Positions 25,670 to 33,201 of a stretch of DNA of 41,943 nucleotides are shown one piece after another. The stretch is from positions 1-41,943 of IMG/VR virus record IMGVR_UViG_3300023059_000010; one strand, given 5' to 3'. A program made the translations under genes and the position numbers. The notes under the pieces were generated by a model. That model worked only from the letters and a program-made list of their open reading frames with translations, did no database searches and was not told the origin of the DNA. Source of the DNA: a virus. Lineage: Duplodnaviria; Caudoviricetes. Every line of letters begins with the position of its first letter. Positions within the stretch are counted from its first letter, which is position 1.

Positions 25670-25708
25670 AGCGCCCCATCTTCCTTCGTGGAGGGTGGGG
25701 CGCTTTCT
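25670..25708. terminator. Terminator between convergent cassettes
   Basis: AGCGCCCCATCTTCC-TTCGT-GGAGGGTGGGGCGCT followed by TTCT. Confidence 0.7.
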
Positions 25709-25713
25709 CGTCT

Positions 25714-25899
25714 CTAGGCTTCTCGAGTCCAGTGGAGAATGAGAGCGTCTTCTGGTACGCTCGCGTCGGCTTTCGCGGCTTCCCAATCCTGGCCGGTACC
25801 GGTGAACGTTGCCCGCTCGAGCCTTTCGACGCCGCTCGCGGCGCGTTCGTCGCGGGAGAGAGCTGCGCCTCCAAGGGCGACAAGGGCTCGTGCAATCAT
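25714..25899 (-). CDS. Hypothetical protein (61 aa)
   Basis: ATGA overlap with upstream HTH gene; ends just before the terminator. Confidence 0.55.
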   Translation of the reverse strand: MIARALVALGGAALSRDERAASGVERLERATFTGTGQDWEAAKADASVPEDALILHWTREA

Positions 25900-26114
25900 T
25901 CGTCTAGGCTATCGAGCGTTTCGCGCTCGAGCCGCCATTCGGCGCGCAGCGCCTCAAGCTCGGCGGCGCGCTCTGGCGAGACTTTGCCGGGCGGGTGGAG
26001 GATTGCCCATGCGGCTTGCTTGGAGATGCCGAGGATCTCGCCTATCTCGGCGTAGGTGAGCATTTCGGCGCGCAGCTCTGCGACAATCTCGGGGCGTGCT
26101 CTCGGGTCGCTCAA
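25896..26114 (-). CDS. Small HTH protein (sigma-70 region 4-like)
   Basis: LTYAEIGEILGISKQAAWAIL; start overlaps SRAP stop. Confidence 0.7.
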   Translation of the reverse strand: MSDPRARPEIVAELRAEMLTYAEIGEILGISKQAAWAILHPPGKVSPERAAELEALRAEWRLERETLDSLDE

Positions 26115-26740
26115 AACAGCGTCTCCGGCTGCTCAGCGGTCATTGCCTCAGACAGCGCGACAGACGCGTGCTGCGCTTCGGCAACGAGGGAGGCATCGCC
26201 TGCGCGCCCACCGCTCAGCCACTCGGCGTGCATCTCGGCAGGCAAAGTGAGAGGCATGCGTGGGTGAGCACCGCGCGCCTCGCCGATCGCGTCACGGGTC
26301 ACCATTGAGTAGGCGATGTGCTCAGCGCCTGAGTTGTCGGTGACGGTAGAGAGGATCGAGGCGATCGCGAACAGCTCCCCGCCGGGCAGGGTGAAACGCT
26401 TGCCCTTCTCGACGTACCATGTCGCAGGCAGAAGTGCGCGCTGCTGAAACGGCTTGCGCCAGTACCGCAGCAGTGTGTCGTCTCGAGAGTTGAATGCGCC
26501 TCCGTCACCGCCTGGTCGCGGGATGGACCACCAAGCGAGTTCGAGGCTGCGCTCGCCGCCGCGCTCGAAGATGATGGGGTTGAGATTGATCTCTTTGCGT
26601 CCGGTGATTGCGGCTCGGCCATTGCGCGCGCTGATCCACTCGTTGAGGAGGAGCTTGTTCTCTCGCTGATCCATCGGCTCGAGCCCGAAGCTCTCGCCTT
26701 CTCCTCGCTGCCCGCCGCCGAGCCCGTATGAAGCGCACAT
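26111..26740 (-). CDS. SOS response-associated peptidase (SRAP/YedK/HMCES family)
   Basis: N-terminal Met-Cys, FNSR, RALLPATWYVE, HPRMPL. Confidence 0.85.
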   Translation of the reverse strand: MCASYGLGGGQRGEGESFGLEPMDQRENKLLLNEWISARNGRAAITGRKEINLNPIIFERGGERSLELAWWSIPRPGGDGGAFNSRDDTLLRYWRKPFQQRALLPATWYVEKGKRFTLPGGELFAIASILSTVTDNSGAEHIAYSMVTRDAIGEARGAHPRMPLTLPAEMHAEWLSGGRAGDASLVAEAQHASVALSEAMTAEQPETLF

Positions 26741-26807
26741 GGCGACAGCATAGGCGCGTGGTGCCGGGATTCGCTAGGGGTTGAATGTCGGGGGTAGATG
26801 ATTATCA

Positions 26808-26823
26808 TCGAACATAGTTTCGA
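26808..26823. promoter_or_regulatory. LexA (SOS) box
   Basis: TCGAAC-ATAG-TTTCGA, one mismatch to actinobacterial TCGAAC-N4-GTTCGA; abuts a TATCAT -10 element. Confidence 0.75.
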
Positions 26824-26842
26824 ATGATTGGAGGTCGCTGCA

Positions 26843-27169
26843 ATGGGTGGGCGCACGAAATCTGGCGACATGACGGCGAAGGGCAGGCGCGATCTCGACG
26901 CCATGCTCGAGAGGTGGAAGCGAGAGCCGAAACCTATCTCCATTGATCCCGATACCGTGAGGCTCACCGGCGAGCCCGTGCCGGGTGACGGTACGAAAGT
27001 GCGCGCGCTGATTCCGGTGCGGATCGAGTATTCGGAGACGCTCGACGTTGAGGCCGAGGTGATCGAGTGGACGCCTCGAGCAGTCAAGGTTCGGGCGGTG
27101 ATTGACCCGCAGATGAAGCCGGTAGAGGTGTGGGTGTGGTCGAGCGCGGTGATGCGCAGCGGCAGTTGA
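26843..27169 (+). CDS. Hypothetical protein, probably SOS-regulated
   Basis: RBS GGAGG, ATG at 26843; EWTPRAVKV...WVWSSAV C-terminal motif. Confidence 0.7.
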   Translation: MGGRTKSGDMTAKGRRDLDAMLERWKREPKPISIDPDTVRLTGEPVPGDGTKVRALIPVRIEYSETLDVEAEVIEWTPRAVKVRAVIDPQMKPVEVWVWSSAVMRSGS

Positions 27170-27331
27170 ATCTGGGGCAAAAGTGGGGCAGACGCGAGTC
27201 GCACGACGTCGTACTAGGTTGCCCCACGTCGCACGCTGAAAACGCTGCAAGTGGTTCCGGTCTGCGGATGGGTGGCACTGTGCCGTGGGGCACCGCACGG
27301 CGTCGCGTTACGTCGCACTTTGGGGTATCTC

Positions 27332-27375
27332 ACTTTTAATCCGCGGGTCGCGGGTTCGAGCCCCGCCGGGCCCAC
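27332..27375 (+). other. attP common core = 3' half of tRNA-Lys(TTT)
   Basis: ACTTTTAATCCGCGGGTCGCGGGTTCGAGCCCCGCCGGGCCCAC: anticodon loop CTTTTAA, T arm GCGGG-TTCGAGC-CCCGC, acceptor 3' strand; 5' half absent. Confidence 0.88.
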
Positions 27376-27387
27376 TTTTGGGAAGGT

Positions 27388-27434
27388 GAAAACCCCCTGG
27401 TCAAAGGCTAGTTTCTTTGAACCAGGGGGTTTTC
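27388..27434. terminator. Bidirectional terminator next to att core
   Basis: GAAAACCCCCTGGTCAAAG...CTTTGAACCAGGGGGTTTTC. Confidence 0.8.
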
Positions 27435-27478
27435 GTCATTTAATCCGCGGGTCAGTGTGGGGCAAACGTGGGGCAAGC

Positions 27479-28603
27479 TCAGCCACGAGCCTTGCCGAAG
27501 TCGACGCGGGTCACGTTCCGCGGTAGCGACTCGGCAGGCTTGCTGCGGGGATCTCGAACTGCGAGCGCGGCGTCGGGGCTCACGGCTTTGCGGCGGTGCG
27601 CGTAGCGTTCGGCCATAGCTAGGCTGGCGTGGCCTAGGAGGTCTGCGATCTCGGCAATCGACCGCCCATCTTCGAGCTGCTCGGTGGCGTAGGTGTGCCG
27701 AAGCGTGTGAATCGTGGCGTCGTCGTCATGGGTGCCGTCGTTGAGCCCTGCTGCTTCAACGGCTGGCTTCCAACTGTCGCGGTGCCAATTTGAATAGTCG
27801 ATCGGGTCTCCCGATGGCCCGGCGAAGATGAAGCCTTTGGGGCATGCTTTGCGAAGTGGTTGGGTGATCTCGTCCAGCCACGGTGCGAGCGGCACGGTGC
27901 GGTGTCTCTTGCCTTTCGTGTATGGCTTGAGTTTCCTGTTTGCTACATCCCAGGCGCGTCGGTATCTGATGCCGTCGAGAGCGAAGTGTTGGTCTCCGAG
28001 CGCTATTGCTTCGCTCCAGCGGGAGCCGGAGCCCAGTAGGACTGCCACGAGGGCACGATCAAAGTCCGTCTCGAACGCGCTGAATAGGCGATATTGCTCG
28101 TCTTCAGTAAGGGTGCGTTCGTTGACGGCTGAGACGAGGCCGAGGTTGAGACGGAGTGCTGGGTTGGCTGGGATGATCTCTGCGTCGGCTGCGCCGGTGA
28201 GTGAGGCGCTGAGTAGTGAGATGTGGCGGGTGACGGTAGCGGGCGCGAGATCTTCCGCGAGCATCTCTGCTGCCCAGGCTTTTACTTCATGGCGGGTGAT
28301 TTCGTGGATGGGGGTGTCTCCCCATTTCTTCATGAGGCGGCGGAGGCGTGAGCGGTCGCGGTAAAGCGTGGAGGCGTCTACGGTGCGCTTCTCGATCCAT
28401 TCGCTCGCCCAGTCACCCCAGGGGCGGGCTGCGGCTTGAGGGTCACGCCATCCGAGGGCGCGGGTTTCCTGTTCTGCGATGCCGCCGGCGCGCTCTGCTG
28501 CGCGCGCTTGGGTGAAGGTGCCCTCGACGTACCGTTTCTCGCCTTTGGGTGTTCGGTAGCCTGCGCGGTAGCGGCCTGATGCGAGTTTCTCTGACCAGGC
28601 CAT
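27479..28603 (-). CDS. int: Tyrosine integrase
   Basis: Catalytic R (GSRWSE), K (TKGK), HTLRH, LLGH, and Y (ERYAH). Confidence 0.95.
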   Translation of the reverse strand: MAWSEKLASGRYRAGYRTPKGEKRYVEGTFTQARAAERAGGIAEQETRALGWRDPQAAARPWGDWASEWIEKRTVDASTLYRDRSRLRRLMKKWGDTPIHEITRHEVKAWAAEMLAEDLAPATVTRHISLLSASLTGAADAEIIPANPALRLNLGLVSAVNERTLTEDEQYRLFSAFETDFDRALVAVLLGSGSRWSEAIALGDQHFALDGIRYRRAWDVANRKLKPYTKGKRHRTVPLAPWLDEITQPLRKACPKGFIFAGPSGDPIDYSNWHRDSWKPAVEAAGLNDGTHDDDATIHTLRHTYATEQLEDGRSIAEIADLLGHASLAMAERYAHRRKAVSPDAALAVRDPRSKPAESLPRNVTRVDFGKARG

Positions 28604-28647
28604 CAGGCTTCTGCTTTGTTTCGGGCGCGCTGCTGTAGCGTGTTCAT
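28603..28647 (-). CDS. 14-aa leader peptide coupled to integrase
   Basis: RBS AGAAGGA then MNTLQQRARNKAEA; its TGA overlaps the integrase ATG (TGATG). Confidence 0.45.
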   Translation of the reverse strand: MNTLQQRARNKAEA

Positions 28648-28745
28648 TGTCGGTTCCTTCTGTTTGGTTGGGGTCGATCTGCGCCTCTGGCGCGCGTTCT
28701 GTTTGGCGACGGGCGCGCGCTGGAGGCGTTCTTTTGTGTTGCTGG

Positions 28746-28982
28746 CTAGATCGCTGCTGGCGCTGCGGTGGGTGCGGTTGCCCCGTGCTTGTTCATGAAT
28801 GCGTTGTGGCCACAGAATTGGCACTTCTTGAAGAACGGCAGGAAGATGAGACCGATGCCGCAGGTGAAGATGCCGATCGTCCACAGCACGGTGTTGCGCC
28901 CGACGTTTCCGCCGCCTCCCTCACAGGGCTTGCAGCCGAGGCAACCCTTCTGGGAGTAAACGTTGAGATGTTGGCTGCTCAT
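28746..28982 (-). CDS. Membrane-associated zinc-ribbon protein (LITAF-like layout)
   Basis: CLGCKPC - hydrophobic VLWTIGIFTCGIGLIFLPFF - CQFC; RBS AGAAAGGAAGG; ATGA overlap with ImmA. Confidence 0.75.
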   Translation of the reverse strand: MSSQHLNVYSQKGCLGCKPCEGGGGNVGRNTVLWTIGIFTCGIGLIFLPFFKKCQFCGHNAFMNKHGATAPTAAPAAI

Positions 28983-29365
28983 GCGGCCTTCCTTTCTATG
29001 CGGCGTCGGCCTATGTGCTTCTGCCATTCAGTGATGAGTCGGGGGGTTAGCTCAAGTTCGAGCGCGATCGCCGCTGGATGGGGATTTATCTGCTCGGCGA
29101 TCGCATATGCCCGTGGTTCAACGGTGAAGTTTGCTGCCCAGCGCCAGGCTTGCGCTTCGGTGCGGCTGTTGGTGCAGTCGTGGCCGTGGTGAGCGTGGCC
29201 GAGTTCGTGGGCGATCGCTTCGATTTCCTGTCGCTCGGTAAGGCCGCGGGTGAGAACGATGAGGTTCTTTGCGGGGCGGTAGAACGATCGAAGCGGGGGC
29301 GGCAGTTTGCCGTAGATGATCGTTACGCCTGCCCGCTGCGCTTCTCTGAGCAGCTTCTGGCGCAT
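28979..29365 (-). CDS. ImmA/IrrE family metallopeptidase
   Basis: IAHELGHAHHGH (HExxH) and downstream E.QA..WAA; next to repressor. Confidence 0.9.
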   Translation of the reverse strand: MRQKLLREAQRAGVTIIYGKLPPPLRSFYRPAKNLIVLTRGLTERQEIEAIAHELGHAHHGHDCTNSRTEAQAWRWAANFTVEPRAYAIAEQINPHPAAIALELELTPRLITEWQKHIGRRRIERKAA

Positions 29366-29375
29366 GGTGTGCTCC

Positions 29376-29957
29376 TTATGGTGTGTCGGGTGCGATTTGT
29401 TCGGCCTCTGGGTCTTCCGCTTCGAGGGCGGCGTAGCGGTCGGCTAGTGACTCCTCGATGAGTTGTGCGTCGTCGGGGTCGTAGCCGATTTCGATCTTGC
29501 TCGCTTTGTGGTCGGCGAGTGATTGGACATTTGCATCTTGTTCGGAGCCTCCGACATTCGGGCTGGTGTGCCGGTTCAAGAGGGCGATGGTCAGGCTCTC
29601 CAACGCCTTCCGATCGGGGCTATCGCCGAGCAAGTAGAACTGATCGCGTAGCTCTGCGAGCCGACGCTGTACCTCATCCAGAAGACGATCTGTGTTTATC
29701 TCGCTCAGGTCGGCAGGCGCTATGAGGGCTTGGTCGAGCGAATCTGGGTTGAGATAGCCGGATGCGATAAGTGCGGCAAGGGGGCTGACGCTGTAAGCGT
29801 TGGCGAAGTCGACAGCCTTCTGCGGATCTGGATTGCTAGCGCCGGTGCGCCATCGCGTGATATTCGAGGGTGCGATGCCGAGGCGCTTTGCAATCTCGGC
29901 ATTCGTTTCGTTGCGCGAGTGCGCGTCCACGAATGCCGACCAGTTTCTGTTTCGCAT
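29376..29957 (-). CDS. Immunity repressor (Xre-family HTH)
   Basis: TNAEIAKRLGIAPSNITRWRTG..NP; divergent from Cro. Confidence 0.85.
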   Translation of the reverse strand: MRNRNWSAFVDAHSRNETNAEIAKRLGIAPSNITRWRTGASNPDPQKAVDFANAYSVSPLAALIASGYLNPDSLDQALIAPADLSEINTDRLLDEVQRRLAELRDQFYLLGDSPDRKALESLTIALLNRHTSPNVGGSEQDANVQSLADHKASKIEIGYDPDDAQLIEESLADRYAALEAEDPEAEQIAPDTP

Positions 29958-29963
29958 AGCAGA

Positions 29964-30121
29964 ACCGTACTACAGGTGTTGCGTGCGCGCAATAATTCGT
30001 GCGCGCAAAGCAGCGTAAATCCGCGGAATGTGTGGCGGCGCTGCGCATCAAGAGAATTGCACGTACGCAATTCAACTTGCGCTCGCGGTCGAACAGGCTT
30101 ACGTTTATTGCACGCTTAGAA
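29964..30121. promoter_or_regulatory. Genetic switch: divergent promoters and TTGC-N6-GCAA operators
   Basis: Left TTGCGC-N17-TACGGT (29992-29964), right TTGCGC-N17-TACGTT (30077-30105); operators at 29979-29992, 29995-30008, 30057-30070, partial 30108-30121. Confidence 0.75.
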
Positions 30122-30135
30122 AAGGAGTGGCGAAC

Positions 30136-30363
30136 ATGCAAGGTCAGCCAGTGCTCAAGCTGCGAATGGACAAGGTTCAGCAGCTTTGTGAGGTCAACGG
30201 GATCGCTTCGATGCGCGATCTTTCGACTCGCATCGGAGTTGCCCCATCTACGCTCTGGCGAGTAGAGCAGGGGCTAGCCAAGCCTTCGCCGGGATTGATC
30301 GCACGCATCAAGCTCGCGTTTCCGATGGTCTCATTTGACGAGCTGATCGAGGTGGCAGCATGA
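30136..30363 (+). CDS. Cro-like HTH regulator
   Basis: RBS AAAGGAG; SMRDLSTRIGVAPSTLWRVEQG..KPS. Confidence 0.85.
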   Translation: MQGQPVLKLRMDKVQQLCEVNGIASMRDLSTRIGVAPSTLWRVEQGLAKPSPGLIARIKLAFPMVSFDELIEVAA

Positions 30364-31127
30364 GCGCTGTCGAGCTGTATGAGTTTGATTCGCTGCAGGT
30401 TCGCGTGGTGCTCGAGTCCGGTGAGCCATGGTTTGTTCTCGCCGATCTGTGCAAGGTGCTCGGAATTGGAAATCCCTCCGAAGTTGCCCGCCGAGTTCGT
30501 GAAGCGGTCGGCGACGATGCCCTCAGTCTGGCTGAGGTCATCGATTCGATGGGTCGCAAGCAGAGCGCGACCAGTGTTTCCGAGTCAGGGATGTACGAGG
30601 TTGTGATCCGTTCGGATAAGCCGGAGGCAGTTCGTTTCCGCCGATGGATCACTTCGGAGGTTTTGCCTTCGATCCGCAAGACCGGTGCGTACGGTGCGCC
30701 TCAACTGGATCCGACGTCGGTCTCTGGAGCCCGTGCGCTCGTGCTCGCTGCACAGACTGCTCTCGACGCGCTCGCGGTGGCACAGCCGAAAGCGGATGCG
30801 TGGGATCAGCTCGCCGACGCGGCAGGCGATTACTCGGTCGGTGAGGCGGCGAAGGTGCTGGCTCGTGCGGGGATCGTGACGGGGCCGCAGCGGTTGTTCG
30901 AGTCGCTGTCGCAGCTCGGGTGGATCTTTCGCCGCGGCGGTGCGTGGGTCGCGTACCAGTCGAAGGTTGACGCCGGTTTGTTGGCACATCGTGCGCAGTC
31001 GCATGAGCACCCGAGGACGCGTGAGCGGGTTGTTGATCCGCCGCAAGTGCGGGTGACGGTGCGCGGTCTTGAAGCGTTGCGGGGGCTGTTGCTGGCGCCG
31101 CTGGAGCTGGATGTGTTCGCGGAGTAG
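30360..31127 (+). CDS. Antirepressor (BRO-N + KilA-C/ANT)
   Basis: GEPWFVLADLCKVL, SESGMYEVVIRSDKPEA..FRRWITSEVLPSIRKTGAY, PKADAWD, VRVTVRG. Confidence 0.93.
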   Translation: MSAVELYEFDSLQVRVVLESGEPWFVLADLCKVLGIGNPSEVARRVREAVGDDALSLAEVIDSMGRKQSATSVSESGMYEVVIRSDKPEAVRFRRWITSEVLPSIRKTGAYGAPQLDPTSVSGARALVLAAQTALDALAVAQPKADAWDQLADAAGDYSVGEAAKVLARAGIVTGPQRLFESLSQLGWIFRRGGAWVAYQSKVDAGLLAHRAQSHEHPRTRERVVDPPQVRVTVRGLEALRGLLLAPLELDVFAE

Positions 31128-31164
31128 CGGGCGCTGAACGAATTTCTCGAAAGGAAAGAAGCAG

Positions 31165-31455
31165 ATGGGTGCAGTAAGGAAAGTCGCTGAGCAGTTCGAC
31201 TATGAGGCGCTTGAGTCCAAGCGTCGGTTGACGCCGGTGGAGGCCGGGGCGTTGATCGAGCGGGATCCGGAGACGGTGCGTCGTGCTCTGAGGTCGGGTG
31301 AGATGCATGGGTCGCAGCGTGGTCGTGGCGGGCGTTGGACGGTTCGTCCGGCGTGTGCTGAGGCGTGGGCTGATCATGAGCCGTGTGTGCATCAGGATTC
31401 GGTGCGACGTCCGGTGTCGTTGTTGGAGCGTCGTATGCGGGCGGTGCAGCGGTGA
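31165..31455 (+). CDS. Excisionase-like HTH protein
   Basis: LTPVEAGALI.RDPETVRRALRSGE.HG.Q..RGGRW. Confidence 0.75.
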   Translation: MGAVRKVAEQFDYEALESKRRLTPVEAGALIERDPETVRRALRSGEMHGSQRGRGGRWTVRPACAEAWADHEPCVHQDSVRRPVSLLERRMRAVQR

Positions 31456-31811
31456 GCGCGGGGTCGGTCTCGAAGGATCTGCGAGAGCAGGAAGCGCGAC
31501 TGATTGCTGCTCAAGCAGTGCGGATTCGTGAGCTGGAGGAGCTTCTTTCTGAGTCGGGTTCTCAGCCTGGGAAGGCCTTGCTGCGTGCACTGGATCGGCT
31601 TGAGAGCGCGCTCCGCATTGGGCACCCGCAGGGAATAGATGCGATTCGTGATCTTGAAGCTCGTATTTTGCGGGCGGCAAAGGTAGCAGCACCGCTTTAC
31701 AACCTGTACTACTGCGACTCGCGCTGGGCGGATGGAGCCTCACGTGTGTTTGCCGCACGCGAAGCCGCCGAGGCGGCGATGAGCGATGCAAAGCCGGGGG
31801 GTCTGCGATGA
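31452..31811 (+). CDS. Hypothetical protein
   Basis: GTGA and ATGA overlaps with neighbours. Confidence 0.65.
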   Translation: MSAGSVSKDLREQEARLIAAQAVRIRELEELLSESGSQPGKALLRALDRLESALRIGHPQGIDAIRDLEARILRAAKVAAPLYNLYYCDSRWADGASRVFAAREAAEAAMSDAKPGGLR

Positions 31812-31987
31812 GCGCGGCGCGGCTGGTTCTGTTGTTGCTGCTTCTTGCGGTCGCGGTTGCGGCGCTCGCGGTGTTCTTGCTGCGCGCTGCTTTCGGTCTC
31901 GTGGTCGGGGCTGACGGTGCTGCAGTGCTCGCGCTGATCGCTCTGTTGGGTGCCGGCGCGGTTGGTGCGACGGGGAGGGCTGCGTGA
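31808..31987 (+). CDS. Small two-TM membrane protein (59 aa)
   Basis: Read manually: MSAARLVLLLLLLAVAVAALAVFLL...; overlaps both neighbours. Confidence 0.65.
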   Translation: MSAARLVLLLLLLAVAVAALAVFLLRAAFGLVVGADGAAVLALIALLGAGAVGATGRAA

Positions 31988-33201
31988 TGGATGTGGTGAT
32001 GCATTTGAAGCAGGCCGCTTCGGGTGGCTGGGTTGTGCAGGAGTGGCGGAGCGGTTTGCCGTGGTTCTCGGTGCCGTTGTCGTCGTGGTTGGCCGGGGTT
32101 GGTGTTGTTGATCTGGGGGCTGTGTTTCGGAAGGTGCTTTCGGAGCATGATCACGGTGGGCTCGGCGGCGGCGATCTCGGGGAGGCGCTCGCGCAGGCTG
32201 CTCTCTCGGTTCTTCCCGCCGTTCCAGAGCGGACAAAGCATGATCATTCCGGTGAGCCGATGCTCTGGTGCGAAACGCATCAGCGCGAGCACGTTGCATC
32301 GATTCCGCGGTTCACCTATCTGTGCAAGGACTGCGGCTGGGGGCAGTGGTACCGGGATCAGGCGGGCGAGCATGAGTCAGCGACGGCGGTGAGTTTCCAT
32401 CACCGACATGAGACATATGAGGTCGAGCACACTCTGCGAGCGCTCGACGCCGATTCGGCGCAGTGGAAGCAGCGCTACGAGCTTGGTCAGAAGACATTGG
32501 TTGCTGCGAGAGAGCGTGCTGATGCCTTGTTCGAGCGTTACGCGGAGCACTTGGAACATGTGCGGCTTGACGCCTACTCGATGGATTGCATCGAGGGTGA
32601 GTGTGATCACCGCGATGAGGATGGTCAGCCTGAGGATCTGTCGGCGTGCCCAACTTCTCAGATGGAGGTGTGCGTCGACTGCCAGGAGATCGGCGGCGCG
32701 TCTCGTGAGCCGAGCAACTGGGAAGTGTATGCCGAGTGGCCGTGTGATGAGCGTAGGGCTCGCGCTGGCGCAACTCCGAACTTGCACGATCTGATTGCTG
32801 AGGCTGAGCGTTGGCCAGAGCCTGCGGGCGTCAAGCCAGCAGCGGCACCTGCAGATCTGATCAGCCGGCTCGCTGCCGCACTCACCAAGCCAGAACGGCT
32901 GCCTTCGATTGATCCGTTCCTCGAGCCCGCTGAGGTGGCTGCTTTGCCAGTTGGCAGCGTGGTCATGACGGAGACCGATGCAGAGGTGTTCGGGGTGTAC
33001 GAGCAGCGCGTGTGGCAGAAGTTCGGCGGTGTACCTGAATGGCAGTTCCAACATCCGAGGCATGATTGGCAATCCACTGATGGCGGTTTTGTTCGAGTAG
33101 GTGATTCTGAGCGTCACGGTGCGCCAGTATTCGCCATGAGTCGGCGGGTGCGCCTGCTATATGCGCCCGTGCAGTTCCCTGAAGGGGGCACTGAGCGATG
33201 A
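31984..33201 (+). CDS. Hypothetical multi-module protein with Cys/His clusters
   Basis: 405 aa ORF in operon; CKDC, CIEGECDH, CVDC. Confidence 0.7.
   Translation: MMDVVMHLKQAASGGWVVQEWRSGLPWFSVPLSSWLAGVGVVDLGAVFRKVLSEHDHGGLGGGDLGEALAQAALSVLPAVPERTKHDHSGEPMLWCETHQREHVASIPRFTYLCKDCGWGQWYRDQAGEHESATAVSFHHRHETYEVEHTLRALDADSAQWKQRYELGQKTLVAARERADALFERYAEHLEHVRLDAYSMDCIEGECDHRDEDGQPEDLSACPTSQMEVCVDCQEIGGASREPSNWEVYAEWPCDERRARAGATPNLHDLIAEAERWPEPAGVKPAAAPADLISRLAAALTKPERLPSIDPFLEPAEVAALPVGSVVMTETDAEVFGVYEQRVWQKFGGVPEWQFQHPRHDWQSTDGGFVRVGDSERHGAPVFAMSRRVRLLYAPVQFPEGGTER

Larger units (their letters stand above)
27173..27476. mobile_element. attP region with integrase arm-type sites
   Basis: Tandem TGGGGCA repeats at 27173-27190 and 27457-27476, single copies at 27219-27227 (inverted) and 27285-27293, flanking a tRNA-derived core; adjacent to integrase 3' end. 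Confidence 0.85.

Noticed and set aside
27332-27375. Second functional tRNA gene (Lys)
   Set aside because: Only the 3' half is present; upstream sequence cannot form the D arm or acceptor 5' strand, so it is the att core
30649-32373. 574-aa minus-strand ORF
   Set aside because: Shadow of the coupled plus-strand early operon; Pro/Arg-rich non-protein-like composition
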